Shown: positions 29,535 through 39,812, counted from the first letter of the stretch. The stretch is DNA of 46,229 bases from Rhizobiaceae bacterium (GCA_020628775.1 JAHDEP010000003.1:1-46229); one strand, 5' to 3'. Translations and numbers: made by a program. The notes: generated by a model not told the origin, from the sequence alone.

Positions 29535-29554
29535 ACCTGAAATTTATGTAATTT

Positions 29555-30007
29555 TTGGAGAGCATTTTGTCCGATGTAAATGTACGCATTGTCCAACTGG
29601 CAAGCGAATGGATTGGTACGCCTTATCGTCACCAAGGGTATCAAAAGCATATTGGCTGTGATTGCTTGGGTTTGATCCGCGGAATTTGGCACGAGCTCTA
29701 CGGCATTAAGCCAGATAATCCGCAACCCTATGCAATGGACTGGGCGGAAGCTTCAAAAGAGGAGCGGATGCTGGACGCAGCGCGCGCATATTGCGGACCG
29801 GAAATTGCCCTTGAAAACATGGAAGCAGGCTGTTTAATCCTTTTTCGTTGGCGCCAAAGTGCATCAATCAAGCATGCGGGCATATTATCCGCGCCACATC
29901 AATTTATTCATGCATATGAGCGCATTGGCGTCACGCAATCTGCGTTAGTGCCTTCGTGGCGTAGGCGCATTGCCGCTGTTTTTAAGTTTCCCAATATTTC
30001 ACAATAG
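29555..30007 (+). CDS. GTA NlpC/P60 cell-wall peptidase (g14)
   Basis: WIGTPYRHQ..GCDCLGLIRGIW..KHAGI..FIHAY..WRRRI; TTG start. Confidence 0.93.
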   Translation: MESILSDVNVRIVQLASEWIGTPYRHQGYQKHIGCDCLGLIRGIWHELYGIKPDNPQPYAMDWAEASKEERMLDAARAYCGPEIALENMEAGCLILFRWRQSASIKHAGILSAPHQFIHAYERIGVTQSALVPSWRRRIAAVFKFPNISQ

Positions 30008-30026
30008 TTTTCCTTCGGAGGGGCGT

Positions 30027-33000
30027 ATGGCCACTATCTTATTGCAAGCGGCAGGGTCGGCAATTGGCGGTTTATTGGGACCGCTTGGTGGCGTTATTGG
30101 TGGCGCGGCTGGTGCGCTTGTGGGGAACGTGATTGATCAGGCAATATTTGGCCAAAAAACTATCTCCACGCCGGGACTTGAAGGTGCACGTATTGCCTCG
30201 CCCGATGAAGGTAGCCCAATCGCGCGCGTTTATGGGACGATGCGTATTGCAGGGAATTTGATATGGGCAACGCGCTTTGAAGAGGAAATCACAACCGAAC
30301 GACAAGGTGGCAAAGCTACAAGTGGCACATCTGTTGAGACGCGCAACTATTATGCAAATTTCGCGCTCGGTTTATGTGAGGGTGAAATCAATCAGATCAA
30401 ACGTATTTGGGCAGATGGCAAAGAAATTGATCTCAGCCAAATAGAATATCGCCTTTATAAAGGCAGTCCTGATCAGCTTCCCGATCCGCTCATTGAAGCC
30501 AAGCAAGGGGAGGGTAAAACGCCCGCATATCGAGGCCTCGCTTATATTGTTTTCGATCATTTCCCTATTGATAGCTATGGCAATCGCATTCCAATTCTGC
30601 ATTTCGAAGTCACCAAAGTTATCTCGCAGCTTGAAAGTAAAATTGAAGCTGTAACCTTAATCCCCGGTGCAACTGAGCACGGATTATCAAATGTGCAGGT
30701 AAGTGAAACGCCCAATATCGGCGAGCAAAATTTGCTCAATCGGCATATTAGTTTTGCAACTTGTGATCTTGAGGCTGCGCTTGATGAATTACAAAATCTC
30801 TGTCCCAATCTTAAATCAATCGGTCTTGTCGTTTCATGGTTTGGTTCTGATTTACGCGCAGATCATTGTCTTTTTGCGCCGAAGGTTGAAGTCAGCGAAC
30901 GCATTGGTGAAACGCGGATCTGGTCCGTGGGTTCAAAAACGCGCAACACGACGGAGCTCGTCTCCAGCACGAATGATGTTCTTAATTTTGGTGGCACGCC
31001 AGATGATCAATCGGTGATTGACGCGGTTACCGCAATTAAATCACGTGGTCTTAATGTGACGCTTTACCCATTTATATTAATGGATATTCCCAGCGATAAT
31101 ACACTGCCTTCTCCTTATGGGGATGAAACGCAAGCCGCGTTTCCCTGGCGTGGTCGTATCACTTGTAATCCAGCCATCGGTGAAACTGGAACCGTTGATC
31201 AAACCCAAACAGCTGCGAACCAGATAAGCACGTTGATGGGTATCAGCGAGGTTGGTGATTTTGCAATAAATGGCACATCGGTCACGTGGACGGGTGGAGA
31301 CCAAGGCTACCGGCACATGCTGTTACATTATGCACATTTAGCCAAAGCCTCAGCCGATAACGGTTATCCAATCGATGGTTTTGTCATAGGGTCAGAAATG
31401 GTCGCTTTGACACGTGTTCGAGATGATCAAAATAATTTCCCCTTCGTGTCTGCGCTGTGTGAGCTTGCAGAGGATATTTATGGCATCATTGGTGATCATA
31501 CAAAGCTAACTTACGCTGCAGATTGGTCTGAATATTTCGGATATCACCCCCAGGATGGATCAAGTGATGTCTATTTTCACCTTGATGAATTATGGGCAAA
31601 TTCGGCAATTCATGCGGTTGGAATTGATAATTATATGCCGCTCTCAGATTGGCGTGATGAAGACATGATGGCTGCAAATCCTGATGGATTTCGTACCCAA
31701 AATGATGAGGCCGCGCTCAAAACTCAAATCACCTCTGGGGAAGGGTTTGATTATTATTATCAAAGCACTGAAGACCGCAAAGAGCGCATTCGAACACCCA
31801 TTAGTGATGGCTTAAACAAACCATGGGTCTTTCGTTATAAAGATCTAAGATCGTGGTGGGAGAACCAACATTATAATCGCGTAAACGGTGTTGAACAATC
31901 AACACCAACTGGATGGGTGCCTCAATCAAAACCCATTTGGCTCACTGAGTTTGGCTGTCCGGCAGTTGATAAGGGGGCAAACCAGCCAAATGTATTTCCT
32001 GACCCCAAATCGTCGGAAAATGCACTGCCATATTATTCCAGCAATGCGCGTGATGATCAGGCCCAAAGGTCCTATCTTTCTGCGCATATTGATCATTGGT
32101 CTTCAGATGAAAACCCCGTCGGCATGGTGGATCTTGAAAATTCCTATATCTGGACTTGGGACGCACGCCCGTTTCCCGCTTTTCCCGCTAATACCAGCGT
32201 TTGGACAGATGGCGAGAACTGGCGAAATGGTCACTGGATAAATGGTCGGTTAGGAAATGCGCCTCTTCGTGAGTTGATCTCAGCGATTTTAACCGATCAT
32301 GGGTTTGAAGCGTTCGATGTAGATCTTGTTGAGGGAACATTACAAGGTTATGTGCAAGCTGAATTTACCTCCGCGAGAGCATTGCTTGAAAGCTTGTTGG
32401 CGCTGTTTTTAATCGATGTTTATGAAAGTGAGGATAAGTTAGTTTTCACTTCACGGCTTAAATCTTCGAAATCGCCAACGCTTATCGATGCCGTGATTGA
32501 TCAAACTGATGAACCTTTTGTACGCCATAGCCGCGGGCAGGAGAGCGAATTGGCAAATGAAGTGCAAATTACCCATCTTGCGCCAATGTCAGATTATCAA
32601 CCATCAACAGTATATTCCAGGCGTTTAAGTCGCGGGAGCCAACGGCAAGAAAATTTAACATTGCCTGGATCCGTTGATCACGACACAGTGGCAAATCTTG
32701 CGGATCAGTGGTTACAAAACCATTGGGCCAGTCGTGAAACCATCGAGTTTCAACTCCCAATGGGAGAGATTGCGCTAGAAGTGGGTGATCGTGTTCAGTT
32801 TGATCAAGAATGTGCGTTCAACCCGCCACCAGGAACATATTCGATTGTTCAAATTGAGGATGGATTTCAACGTCAAATTACAGCAGCGCGCATGGTTGCT
32901 TCAAACAATCTGATCCAAGACAATGACGCGCAGAGTAATCAGATACTAGATGTGAGCGCAGGATTTAATCCCAATGTGATCCTGCTCGATCTACCGATTT

Positions 33001-33890
33001 TGTCCGGTAGTAGCGCAAGTGATTGGGCGCGGGCTGCAGCTTATGCAAAACCTTGGGTGCCAATCATTTTATCCAGCTCAACTGGTGATGATGGATATGA
33101 ACAACGAACAACGCTCACTGTCCCCGCCTATATCGGAACTCTCGCTGCAGATTTAACTGCAGGGCCCGAGGGTCGGTTTGATTATGCAAATCAAATCATA
33201 GTTGATCTGCCTTATGGTGCGTTTGAGACAATCGAATTATCAAAGCTGCTCGCAGGCGGAAATGTCCTTGCAATCAGATCAGAAAATGATGCTTGGGAAA
33301 TAATCCAGTTCCAAACAGCTTTAGAAATCGCAACAAATCAATGGCAATTATCCACGCTATTACGTGCGCAAGCTGGAACGGAAGATGCGATGAATGCAGG
33401 TGCGTTATCAGGTGCTGATGTTGTGCTCATCAATGATAATGTCCTGGCTTTGGGGTTAAACTCATCTGAGCTGGATGCTGAACTTAATTGGCAGATAACC
33501 GGCATTGGTAAACCAAGCGATCATCTTGAAACTATAGCCTTCTCCGGTGGCGTACGCGCTCATACACCATTATCACCTGTGCATTTACGGGCGGTGCGAA
33601 ACGCTAACAATATCGAACTGAGTTGGACAAGGCGCGGGCGTATCTCCGCAGATAATTGGACAGGTGCAGAAATCCCCGAGGATGAAGATCAATCGCAGTT
33701 TCTGATTAAGATTTTCAACGGCACGCAGACAATCCATGAAGCGATTTCAGATACATTATCCTACGTCTATGAAGGTGATCAACAGCTCGCAGACTTTGGC
33801 GAATATCCGTCAAATGTTGTATTTTCTGTTCAGCAAATCGGTGGTCAAATCGCCCAAGGTATCTCCAGAACAGCTACGATTTCGCTGTGA
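30027..33890 (+). CDS. GTA baseplate multidomain 'megatron' protein (g15)
   Basis: MATILL.AAG, PAYRGLAY, AYAADWSEY-like YAADWSEYFG, GIDNYMPLSDWRD, SKPIWLTEFGCPAVDKG.NQPNVF.DPKSSE; start moved to ATG 30027 after GGAGG. Confidence 0.95.
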   Translation: MATILLQAAGSAIGGLLGPLGGVIGGAAGALVGNVIDQAIFGQKTISTPGLEGARIASPDEGSPIARVYGTMRIAGNLIWATRFEEEITTERQGGKATSGTSVETRNYYANFALGLCEGEINQIKRIWADGKEIDLSQIEYRLYKGSPDQLPDPLIEAKQGEGKTPAYRGLAYIVFDHFPIDSYGNRIPILHFEVTKVISQLESKIEAVTLIPGATEHGLSNVQVSETPNIGEQNLLNRHISFATCDLEAALDELQNLCPNLKSIGLVVSWFGSDLRADHCLFAPKVEVSERIGETRIWSVGSKTRNTTELVSSTNDVLNFGGTPDDQSVIDAVTAIKSRGLNVTLYPFILMDIPSDNTLPSPYGDETQAAFPWRGRITCNPAIGETGTVDQTQTAANQISTLMGISEVGDFAINGTSVTWTGGDQGYRHMLLHYAHLAKASADNGYPIDGFVIGSEMVALTRVRDDQNNFPFVSALCELAEDIYGIIGDHTKLTYAADWSEYFGYHPQDGSSDVYFHLDELWANSAIHAVGIDNYMPLSDWRDEDMMAANPDGFRTQNDEAALKTQITSGEGFDYYYQSTEDRKERIRTPISDGLNKPWVFRYKDLRSWWENQHYNRVNGVEQSTPTGWVPQSKPIWLTEFGCPAVDKGANQPNVFPDPKSSENALPYYSSNARDDQAQRSYLSAHIDHWSSDENPVGMVDLENSYIWTWDARPFPAFPANTSVWTDGENWRNGHWINGRLGNAPLRELISAILTDHGFEAFDVDLVEGTLQGYVQAEFTSARALLESLLALFLIDVYESEDKLVFTSRLKSSKSPTLIDAVIDQTDEPFVRHSRGQESELANEVQITHLAPMSDYQPSTVYSRRLSRGSQRQENLTLPGSVDHDTVANLADQWLQNHWASRETIEFQLPMGEIALEVGDRVQFDQECAFNPPPGTYSIVQIEDGFQRQITAARMVASNNLIQDNDAQSNQILDVSAGFNPNVILLDLPILSGSSASDWARAAAYAKPWVPIILSSSTGDDGYEQRTTLTVPAYIGTLAADLTAGPEGRFDYANQIIVDLPYGAFETIELSKLLAGGNVLAIRSENDAWEIIQFQTALEIATNQWQLSTLLRAQAGTEDAMNAGALSGADVVLINDNVLALGLNSSELDAELNWQITGIGKPSDHLETIAFSGGVRAHTPLSPVHLRAVRNANNIELSWTRRGRISADNWTGAEIPEDEDQSQFLIKIFNGTQTIHEAISDTLSYVYEGDQQLADFGEYPSNVVFSVQQIGGQIAQGISRTATISL

Positions 33891-33943
33891 CAGATTAACC
33901 AAACCCCTCAAAAACATGGGTTTTTGCTTGAAAATCAATGTCA

Positions 33944-33979
33944 TTTATGTTCATTCATACACCGTTCAGAAATGTTCAT
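33944..33979 (+). promoter_or_regulatory. Phased TTCA direct repeats, putative FeuP (OmpR-family) binding array
   Basis: TTTAT 33944, TTCAT 33954, TTCAG 33965, TTCAT 33975 (10/11/10-bp spacing) upstream of feuNPQ. Confidence 0.55.
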
Positions 33980-34022
33980 GTAAAAGATGGATAACAATTT
34001 AGTTTTTTAAGGTTTTCGAACA

Positions 34023-34259
34023 ATGAAAATGAGTATGATCGCATCCATGTTTTTAGCCAGCACTTTGCTGAGCGCAACGCCTTCTTTGGCGGCAGACTGT
34101 TCTGCATCTGCGCAACAGGTGGTCGCGCAAACAGGCGGGCAATTGCTATCTGCGGTATCGGGAACAAAGTCTGGTCGCAAAGTTTGTACGATCACAGTGC
34201 TTGTTAAAGGCAACTCATACCAGCGCCCTAAGAAAATGTCGGTGACAGTGCCGCAATAA
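34023..34259 (+). CDS. feuN: Small periplasmic protein, FeuN-like modulator of FeuPQ
   Basis: Signal peptide, ADC.......QTGGQLLS..C.ITVLV..RP.K..V.VP; first gene of the operon. Confidence 0.72.
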   Translation: MKMSMIASMFLASTLLSATPSLAADCSASAQQVVAQTGGQLLSAVSGTKSGRKVCTITVLVKGNSYQRPKKMSVTVPQ

Positions 34260-34305
34260 TTGCGCTAGATTACTGTAACAGCCAATCAAATTTCAGGGGT
34301 GAGCC

Positions 34306-34989
34306 ATGCGTGTTCTTGTTGTCGAAGATGATCCAGATTTAAATCGTCAACTTTGTGAATTGCTTGATGAGCGCGGTTATGTGGTCGATAAAGCATTTGA
34401 CGGGGAAGAGGGACATTTCTTAGGCGATACAGAGCCTTATGACGCTGTCATCCTTGATATTGGTCTGCCTGAAATGGATGGCATCACCGTCCTTGAAAAG
34501 TGGCGTGAAGAGGGGCGTGATATGCCTGTTTTGATCCTCACAGCCCGTGATCGTTGGAGCGATAAAGTTGCTGGCATTGATGCTGGCGCCGATGATTATG
34601 TAACCAAACCATTCCATGTTGAAGAAGTGTTGGCTAGACTTCGCGCGCTTATTCGCCGTGCCGCAGGTCACTCCACAAGTGAAATCACCTGTGGTCCGTT
34701 AGTTGTCGATACCAAAGCTGCAAAAGTCACGCTTAATGGTTCTGTGTTAAAGCTCACTTCGCACGAATTTCGTCTAGTTTCTTACCTAGTTCACCACATG
34801 GGGGAAACCGTTTCCCGCACAGAATTGGTTGAGCATATGTATGATCAGGATTTTGATCGTGATTCTAATACAATTGAAGTTTTTGTAGGTCGATTGCGCA
34901 AGAAAATTGCCAAGGACTATGATGGTGATCTGATCGAAACCGTCCGTGGTTTGGGCTATCGCATTCAGCCGCCAGAATCTCAAAAGTGA
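34306..34989 (+). CDS. feuP: OmpR/PhoP-family response regulator
   Basis: MRVLVVEDD..DGEEGHFLGDTEPYDAV.LD..DQDFDRDSNTIEVFVGRLRKK; located upstream of ccm genes. Confidence 0.88.
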   Translation: MRVLVVEDDPDLNRQLCELLDERGYVVDKAFDGEEGHFLGDTEPYDAVILDIGLPEMDGITVLEKWREEGRDMPVLILTARDRWSDKVAGIDAGADDYVTKPFHVEEVLARLRALIRRAAGHSTSEITCGPLVVDTKAAKVTLNGSVLKLTSHEFRLVSYLVHHMGETVSRTELVEHMYDQDFDRDSNTIEVFVGRLRKKIAKDYDGDLIETVRGLGYRIQPPESQK

Positions 34990-34999
34990 TCATTCTCCA

Positions 35000-36448
35000 A
35001 TGAGCGATGACGAAGCTTCTGCAAAAAACGCAAGTGATAATGGCGCAACAGACCCAAAGCGCAAAAGAAGAAGTTTGATTGCGCGTCGCTCTTTAACCGG
35101 CCGAGTTTTGTTTTTCGCTTCCATTTGGACAATCATCGCCTTTGCTGGTGTCGCTATCATTGTTTCCACCCTTTATAAAACCCGCAGTGAACGCGCATTT
35201 GGTGATTTACTACGTGCGCATTTAAACACGGTGATTGAAGCTGTTTCATTTGATGATCAGGGCAAATTAACGGGTAATCCTCAATTGGGGTCTCTGTCAT
35301 TTTCGCAGCCGGGTTCTGGATGGATTTGGATCGTGGATCCAATTGATATCGATGGCAATCAGCAAGGCGAGAGCTTAAGTTCAAGTTCGCTCGGTTTGGA
35401 AGTCATCGCCCGACCGACACCTCAACAAGTGCCTTTCAATGCGCAATATATCCGCATCTATCCGATGAATGATAGCGTTGGAAATGCGCTGCTTATTTCT
35501 GAAACGGAAGTTGAATATGGCGATGAAGGGCAGGCTGCGCGCATCCGTATTGGGGGTAATCTCAATGTGTTGGAAGAGGATGTAAACTCCTTTATCGGCA
35601 GGTTAGCGATTTCATTGCTGGTCGCAGCAATTGGCACTCTTTTGATCAATATGATCGTGATTTTATATGGCTTAAAGCCGCTTGATCATGTGCGTTCATC
35701 GCTTGAGCAAATTCGAAATGGTGATGCGGATCGATTATCGGGTGATTTCCCCAAAGAGATCGCGCCGCTTGCGGATGAAGTCAACGCATTGATCGATAGC
35801 AATAAACGCGTTGTTGAACGGGCGCGAATGCAGGTTGGCAATCTAGCGCATTCACTTAAAACTCCAATCGCTGTGATGCTCAACGAAGCACGCGGATTAC
35901 CAAAAGCGCAAAGCGAACTTGTGAAAAACCAAGTCGGTATGATGCAAAACCAGGTGCAAACTTATCTCGATAGGGCGCGAATTTCTGCCCAGCGTGGATC
36001 AGTTTTAGCGCGTACGGATGTCATTCCTTCGCTTGAACGGTTATTGCGTGTGATGAACAAACTAAATCCCAATGTCGAATTCTCTTTAGAACAAAAAGCC
36101 ACATCAACGCTTATCGCACTTGAGGGGCAGGACTTTGAAGAGGTCATGGGTAACTTAATCGAAAATGCGGCAAGATTTGCCCGTGAACGTGTGGTTGTCA
36201 CCGTAGATGATTTTGACAAAGACACGATATCCGTGACCGTTGCAGATGATGGCGATGGCTTGGCGGATAAGGAAAAAACCAAAGCACTCAAACGCGGCGC
36301 ACGTTTGGATGAAAGCAAGCCGGGCAGTGGTTTAGGACTGTCTATCGTTGGTGAAATAGCAGAAGAATATGAAGGTAAGTTTGTGCTGTTGGATGCTGAG
36401 ATAGGTGGCCTCGCGGCGCAATTACAATTGCCAAAGGCGGCTTCTTGA
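35000..36448 (+). CDS. feuQ: Sensor histidine kinase
   Basis: Two TMs, HAMP, RARMQVGNLAHSLKTP H-box, RGARLDESKPGSGLGL; start moved to ATG 35000. Confidence 0.88.
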   Translation: MSDDEASAKNASDNGATDPKRKRRSLIARRSLTGRVLFFASIWTIIAFAGVAIIVSTLYKTRSERAFGDLLRAHLNTVIEAVSFDDQGKLTGNPQLGSLSFSQPGSGWIWIVDPIDIDGNQQGESLSSSSLGLEVIARPTPQQVPFNAQYIRIYPMNDSVGNALLISETEVEYGDEGQAARIRIGGNLNVLEEDVNSFIGRLAISLLVAAIGTLLINMIVILYGLKPLDHVRSSLEQIRNGDADRLSGDFPKEIAPLADEVNALIDSNKRVVERARMQVGNLAHSLKTPIAVMLNEARGLPKAQSELVKNQVGMMQNQVQTYLDRARISAQRGSVLARTDVIPSLERLLRVMNKLNPNVEFSLEQKATSTLIALEGQDFEEVMGNLIENAARFARERVVVTVDDFDKDTISVTVADDGDGLADKEKTKALKRGARLDESKPGSGLGLSIVGEIAEEYEGKFVLLDAEIGGLAAQLQLPKAAS

Positions 36449-36531
36449 TGTTGATCGTTGAAAAATCCTGCCTCACCATATTCTCACCACATAATTTGTG
36501 TCATAAGCGGCAGAGCTGGGGGTTGTCATAA

Positions 36532-36969
36532 ATGAGACGATTAAGACTAGGTTTTATATTATTTGCAATGAGCTTTTTAAGCGCCTGTGTGAGCACTGGT
36601 GGAACCGGTAATGTTGCCTCAGATTTGCAAGTTGATAAACCTGGTGTTGCCACCGGCCGCGAAATCGTCAAAGCGTTCGATGGCGGCATTTTGCCAAAAG
36701 ATGTTTACAACAAGTTCTCCCGCAAGGATAAAACGCGTGCGCTGCTTGCAGAATATCGCGCACTTGAAAATTCAGCCACTGGGCAATCCACCTATTGGGA
36801 AAATCCAAATGGCAAATTGTCAGGCATTGTTACACCGTCTCAACCCTATCAGGTCGGTTCGCGCAATTGCCGTCAATATAGCCATAAAGCGCGTATAAAT
36901 GATCAGGATATCGAAGCTTCAGGTGCAGCATGCCGCACAGCTGATGGCCGATGGATCCCACTAAGGTAA
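36532..36969 (+). CDS. 17-kDa surface antigen-like lipoprotein
   Basis: Lipobox FLSAC; W.NP..SG..PYQVGSRNCRQYSH..GAACR..DGRW. Confidence 0.8.
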   Translation: MRRLRLGFILFAMSFLSACVSTGGTGNVASDLQVDKPGVATGREIVKAFDGGILPKDVYNKFSRKDKTRALLAEYRALENSATGQSTYWENPNGKLSGIVTPSQPYQVGSRNCRQYSHKARINDQDIEASGAACRTADGRWIPLR

Positions 36970-37019
36970 GTCAAACTTCCCCATGGACTTGTTATAAAGA
37001 ATCGCGCCATGTTCAGCGC

Positions 37020-37586
37020 ATGGAAACTTTACGCATTCAATCAATTCTGACTTTTTTAAAGGGCACTGAGCAGCTTAAAAACACGCTCCGGAGCGCGCAT
37101 ACCTCACAAAAGCGGCCCGAAAGCGTGGCTGAACACACATGGCATCTTTGCCTGATGATTTTGCTGTTTGAAGATCAGCTTGAAGACATTGATTTTCTGC
37201 GTCTTATTAAGCTCGTCATCATCCATGATTTGGGAGAAGCTGTATCTGGCGATATCCCTGCAATTTACCAAAACCCCGATATCGATAAATCACTTGATGA
37301 ACGCAATGACTTTAAAAGCCTATGTGCACCACTACCAGATGATTTGAAAATCGAGTTATTGGAACTATGGGATGAATATGACAAAGGCGAAAGCCCTGAA
37401 GCCGTTTTGGCAAAAGGATTTGATAAGCTTGAGACGATGTTGCAGCACTTGATAGATGGTACGACCGGCAATATCGATTTCGAATTCAACCTATCATATG
37501 GGGTTGATCGAACAGATAAGCACCCGCTTTTGATATCAATCCGCGAGCTAATCGATGAAGAAACTAGATCTCGCATAAAACCTTAA
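37020..37586 (+). CDS. HD-domain hydrolase (YfbR/HDDC2-like)
   Basis: LK..LR..RPESVAEHTW..IIHDLGEA..GD..LW.EY..DKLE; start moved to ATG 37020. Confidence 0.88.
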   Translation: METLRIQSILTFLKGTEQLKNTLRSAHTSQKRPESVAEHTWHLCLMILLFEDQLEDIDFLRLIKLVIIHDLGEAVSGDIPAIYQNPDIDKSLDERNDFKSLCAPLPDDLKIELLELWDEYDKGESPEAVLAKGFDKLETMLQHLIDGTTGNIDFEFNLSYGVDRTDKHPLLISIRELIDEETRSRIKP

Positions 37587-37652
37587 ATCTGGCAGTTGAT
37601 CCCACAGCGTTAAAAACGTTATGTTGCGCACAAAATTACAGCCAGTTTCAGG

Positions 37653-39614
37653 GTGGTGAGGGTCGCGGGTTTGTCATTCTTTTCTAAAATAAAATTGTGT
37701 TTCTTTGGGCTTTTGATAGCAGTTTTGAGTGTTTCTCATAGCGCTGCCGTTGAGGAAATTTTGCAATATGATGTGAAGATTGATCTATCCAAAAATGGCG
37801 ACATGCTGGTGAGAGAAACCATCACTGTAAACGCAGAAGGTCGAGAAATCAGGCGCGGTATTTATCGCGATCTACCGCGATATTTTGAAGGTGAGGATGG
37901 CACATCTCTAAGGGAAAATTTTGATATTGTGTCCATCACCAGAAATGGCCGCGAAGAACCTTATCATACCCAATATGTAAATGGCTGGACACGCATCTTG
38001 ATTGGCCAAGAAGATGTTTTCATCCCGCGCGGTCAGCATATCTATGAAATTACTTATGAAACCGATCGGCAAATTGGCTTTTTAGATGAAGGTGAAGAGC
38101 TTTATTGGAATGCGATTGGTGACGGATGGATTTTCCCCATCAAAGCGTCTCAAGTCGTAGTGCAGCTTCAAGATGGCGGAACATTCAACGGGTTTGAATT
38201 TTTCACCGGCGCATACGGTTCGACCGATAAAAACGCCCGTGCTGTGGTTTCAGCAGATGGTAACATTATTAGTTTTGAGCTCACGCAATCACTAAACCCT
38301 AAAGAGGGTTTTACCATTGTTGCGAAGATGCCGCGAGGCACCATTGATGAACCAACAGAAGCGCAAACGCGCAGCTGGTTTATGAGGGATTTTGGTCATA
38401 TCGTCGTAGCAGCTGTCACCTTGGGGATCGTTGGGCTTTATTACATATTTGCATGGTTCTTTATCGGTCGTGATCCGAAAGGATCGCGGATCGAACAACG
38501 TAAAACGCTTTCATTGGGGATTTCCCCAGCGCTCACGCATTACATCGATAATAAAGGGCGCATAGATGGCGGATGGACAGCAATATCTGCAGCTATATTA
38601 AGTTTGGCAATCAAACGGCAAATCCGCATTGAGCAAGATGGTGATGACCCGGTCTTGGTCAAAGATGAGGTCACAGGATTAAATCGCCTACCCGTGGGTG
38701 AGGCTGCGATTATGAAAATGGTTATGAGCAAGCCGCAATTTGCTCTGAGCAAAGCTAATGGCGCAAATGTCTCAAAGCTTAAATCCAGTTTTCAAAAAGC
38801 CATTGAAGACGAGCATCGCGGCGTGTTTTATGAGCATAATTCAAAATGGATTTGGATAGGGATTGCGCTAAGTGTCATCGGAATATTATCAACTCTGATC
38901 TTCAACGCCGATGGTTTCTTTTCACTTTTAATCTCTGCGATTATCTCCGCGGTATTTTCCGCATTTCTGGTACCAGTTTATTTCCTCATTAACCGGCTTT
39001 GGCGCGCGCAATCTAAGTTTTGGAAAATCTTTGGATTGGTGCTGGTAGGGATATTCGGCTTCTTGCTGGTTTCATTCTTTGCAGCCTTTATTTTGGCCTT
39101 GTTTGAAGAAACACAGTCGTGGATTGAATTTGCATTTATCGGTGCGGTGTTTGGTTTAGTTGCGCTCAACATTATCTTTTATCAACTCATGGGCCGACCA
39201 ACTGCATTGGGCGCTGAGATGATGAACCAGATCAAAGGTCTGCGTTTGCATTTGGAAAACTACCACCAGCAGCGCATGAACTTAAATGACGTGCCGGATA
39301 TGTCGATTAAGTATTTCGAAAAGCTATTACCATTTGCCGTCGCGCTAGGCGTTGAAAAACCTTGGTCAGAAGCATTTGATACATGGTTTAAAAGCGCAGC
39401 CGGTGCAGCATCCGGACTGAAGGAATACGATCCATATTGGGATCGTCACCGTTGGTATCGTAACAGACATAGCCGTGGTGGAACATATTCAGATTTTGGT
39501 TCACAAATGGCCTCTTCACTTTCATCTGCAATGCCGAAGCCCAAATCCTCCTCATCATCAAGTGGAGGTTTCTCCGGCGGCGGCGGTGGCGGCGGCGGCG
39601 GGGGCGGCTGGTAG
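37653..39614 (+). CDS. DUF2207 (YciQ-like) membrane protein
   Basis: V.ETI.V..IRRGIYRD.P, ELYWNAIG..W.FPI, FEKLLPFAVALGV..W, terminal SGGGGGGGGGGGW. Confidence 0.88.
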   Translation: MVRVAGLSFFSKIKLCFFGLLIAVLSVSHSAAVEEILQYDVKIDLSKNGDMLVRETITVNAEGREIRRGIYRDLPRYFEGEDGTSLRENFDIVSITRNGREEPYHTQYVNGWTRILIGQEDVFIPRGQHIYEITYETDRQIGFLDEGEELYWNAIGDGWIFPIKASQVVVQLQDGGTFNGFEFFTGAYGSTDKNARAVVSADGNIISFELTQSLNPKEGFTIVAKMPRGTIDEPTEAQTRSWFMRDFGHIVVAAVTLGIVGLYYIFAWFFIGRDPKGSRIEQRKTLSLGISPALTHYIDNKGRIDGGWTAISAAILSLAIKRQIRIEQDGDDPVLVKDEVTGLNRLPVGEAAIMKMVMSKPQFALSKANGANVSKLKSSFQKAIEDEHRGVFYEHNSKWIWIGIALSVIGILSTLIFNADGFFSLLISAIISAVFSAFLVPVYFLINRLWRAQSKFWKIFGLVLVGIFGFLLVSFFAAFILALFEETQSWIEFAFIGAVFGLVALNIIFYQLMGRPTALGAEMMNQIKGLRLHLENYHQQRMNLNDVPDMSIKYFEKLLPFAVALGVEKPWSEAFDTWFKSAAGAASGLKEYDPYWDRHRWYRNRHSRGGTYSDFGSQMASSLSSAMPKPKSSSSSSGGFSGGGGGGGGGGGW

Positions 39615-39617
39615 AAT

Positions 39618-39812
39618 ATGCGCCTAATTCCGGTTTATCTGCTCTTTGCTGCACTCATCGCCATCACCTTTGCATGGTGGGGTTTGGAAACGGAACAAGG
39701 ACGCCAAAATTTTGATGAGATGGATGGATTATATCCGTTTTTCACAGGTGTAGGCGGTCTCGTATTAATGGCGCTTTCACTGTTGCTATTGATTTTGCAA
39801 AGGCGCAAATAA
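39618..39812 (+). CDS. Small two-TM hypothetical protein (64 aa)
   Basis: Starts 3 nt after DUF2207; two hydrophobic helices around FDEMDGLYPF. Confidence 0.65.
   Translation: MRLIPVYLLFAALIAITFAWWGLETEQGRQNFDEMDGLYPFFTGVGGLVLMALSLLLLILQRRK

Larger units (their letters stand above)
19958..33890 (+). mobile_element. RcGTA-like gene transfer agent head-tail gene cluster (domesticated, non-replicating)
   Basis: Co-oriented g1-g15 order; short tape measure; DUF2460-DUF2163-NlpC-megatron end; no integrase, replication or lysis genes; flanked by core genes. Confidence 0.94.

Noticed and set aside
19958-33890. Interpretation as a prophage
   Set aside because: No integrase, repressor, replication or lysis genes and no att repeats seen; short tape measure and g12-g15 set are GTA-type.
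33964-33977. GTTC-agaaat-GTTC as a LexA box upstream of feuN
   Set aside because: Spacer is 6 nt, not 7; better explained as part of the phased OmpR-type repeat array.
39574-39611. GGC-rich microsatellite-like run
   Set aside because: Encodes the poly-Gly-Trp C-terminus typical of DUF2207 proteins.
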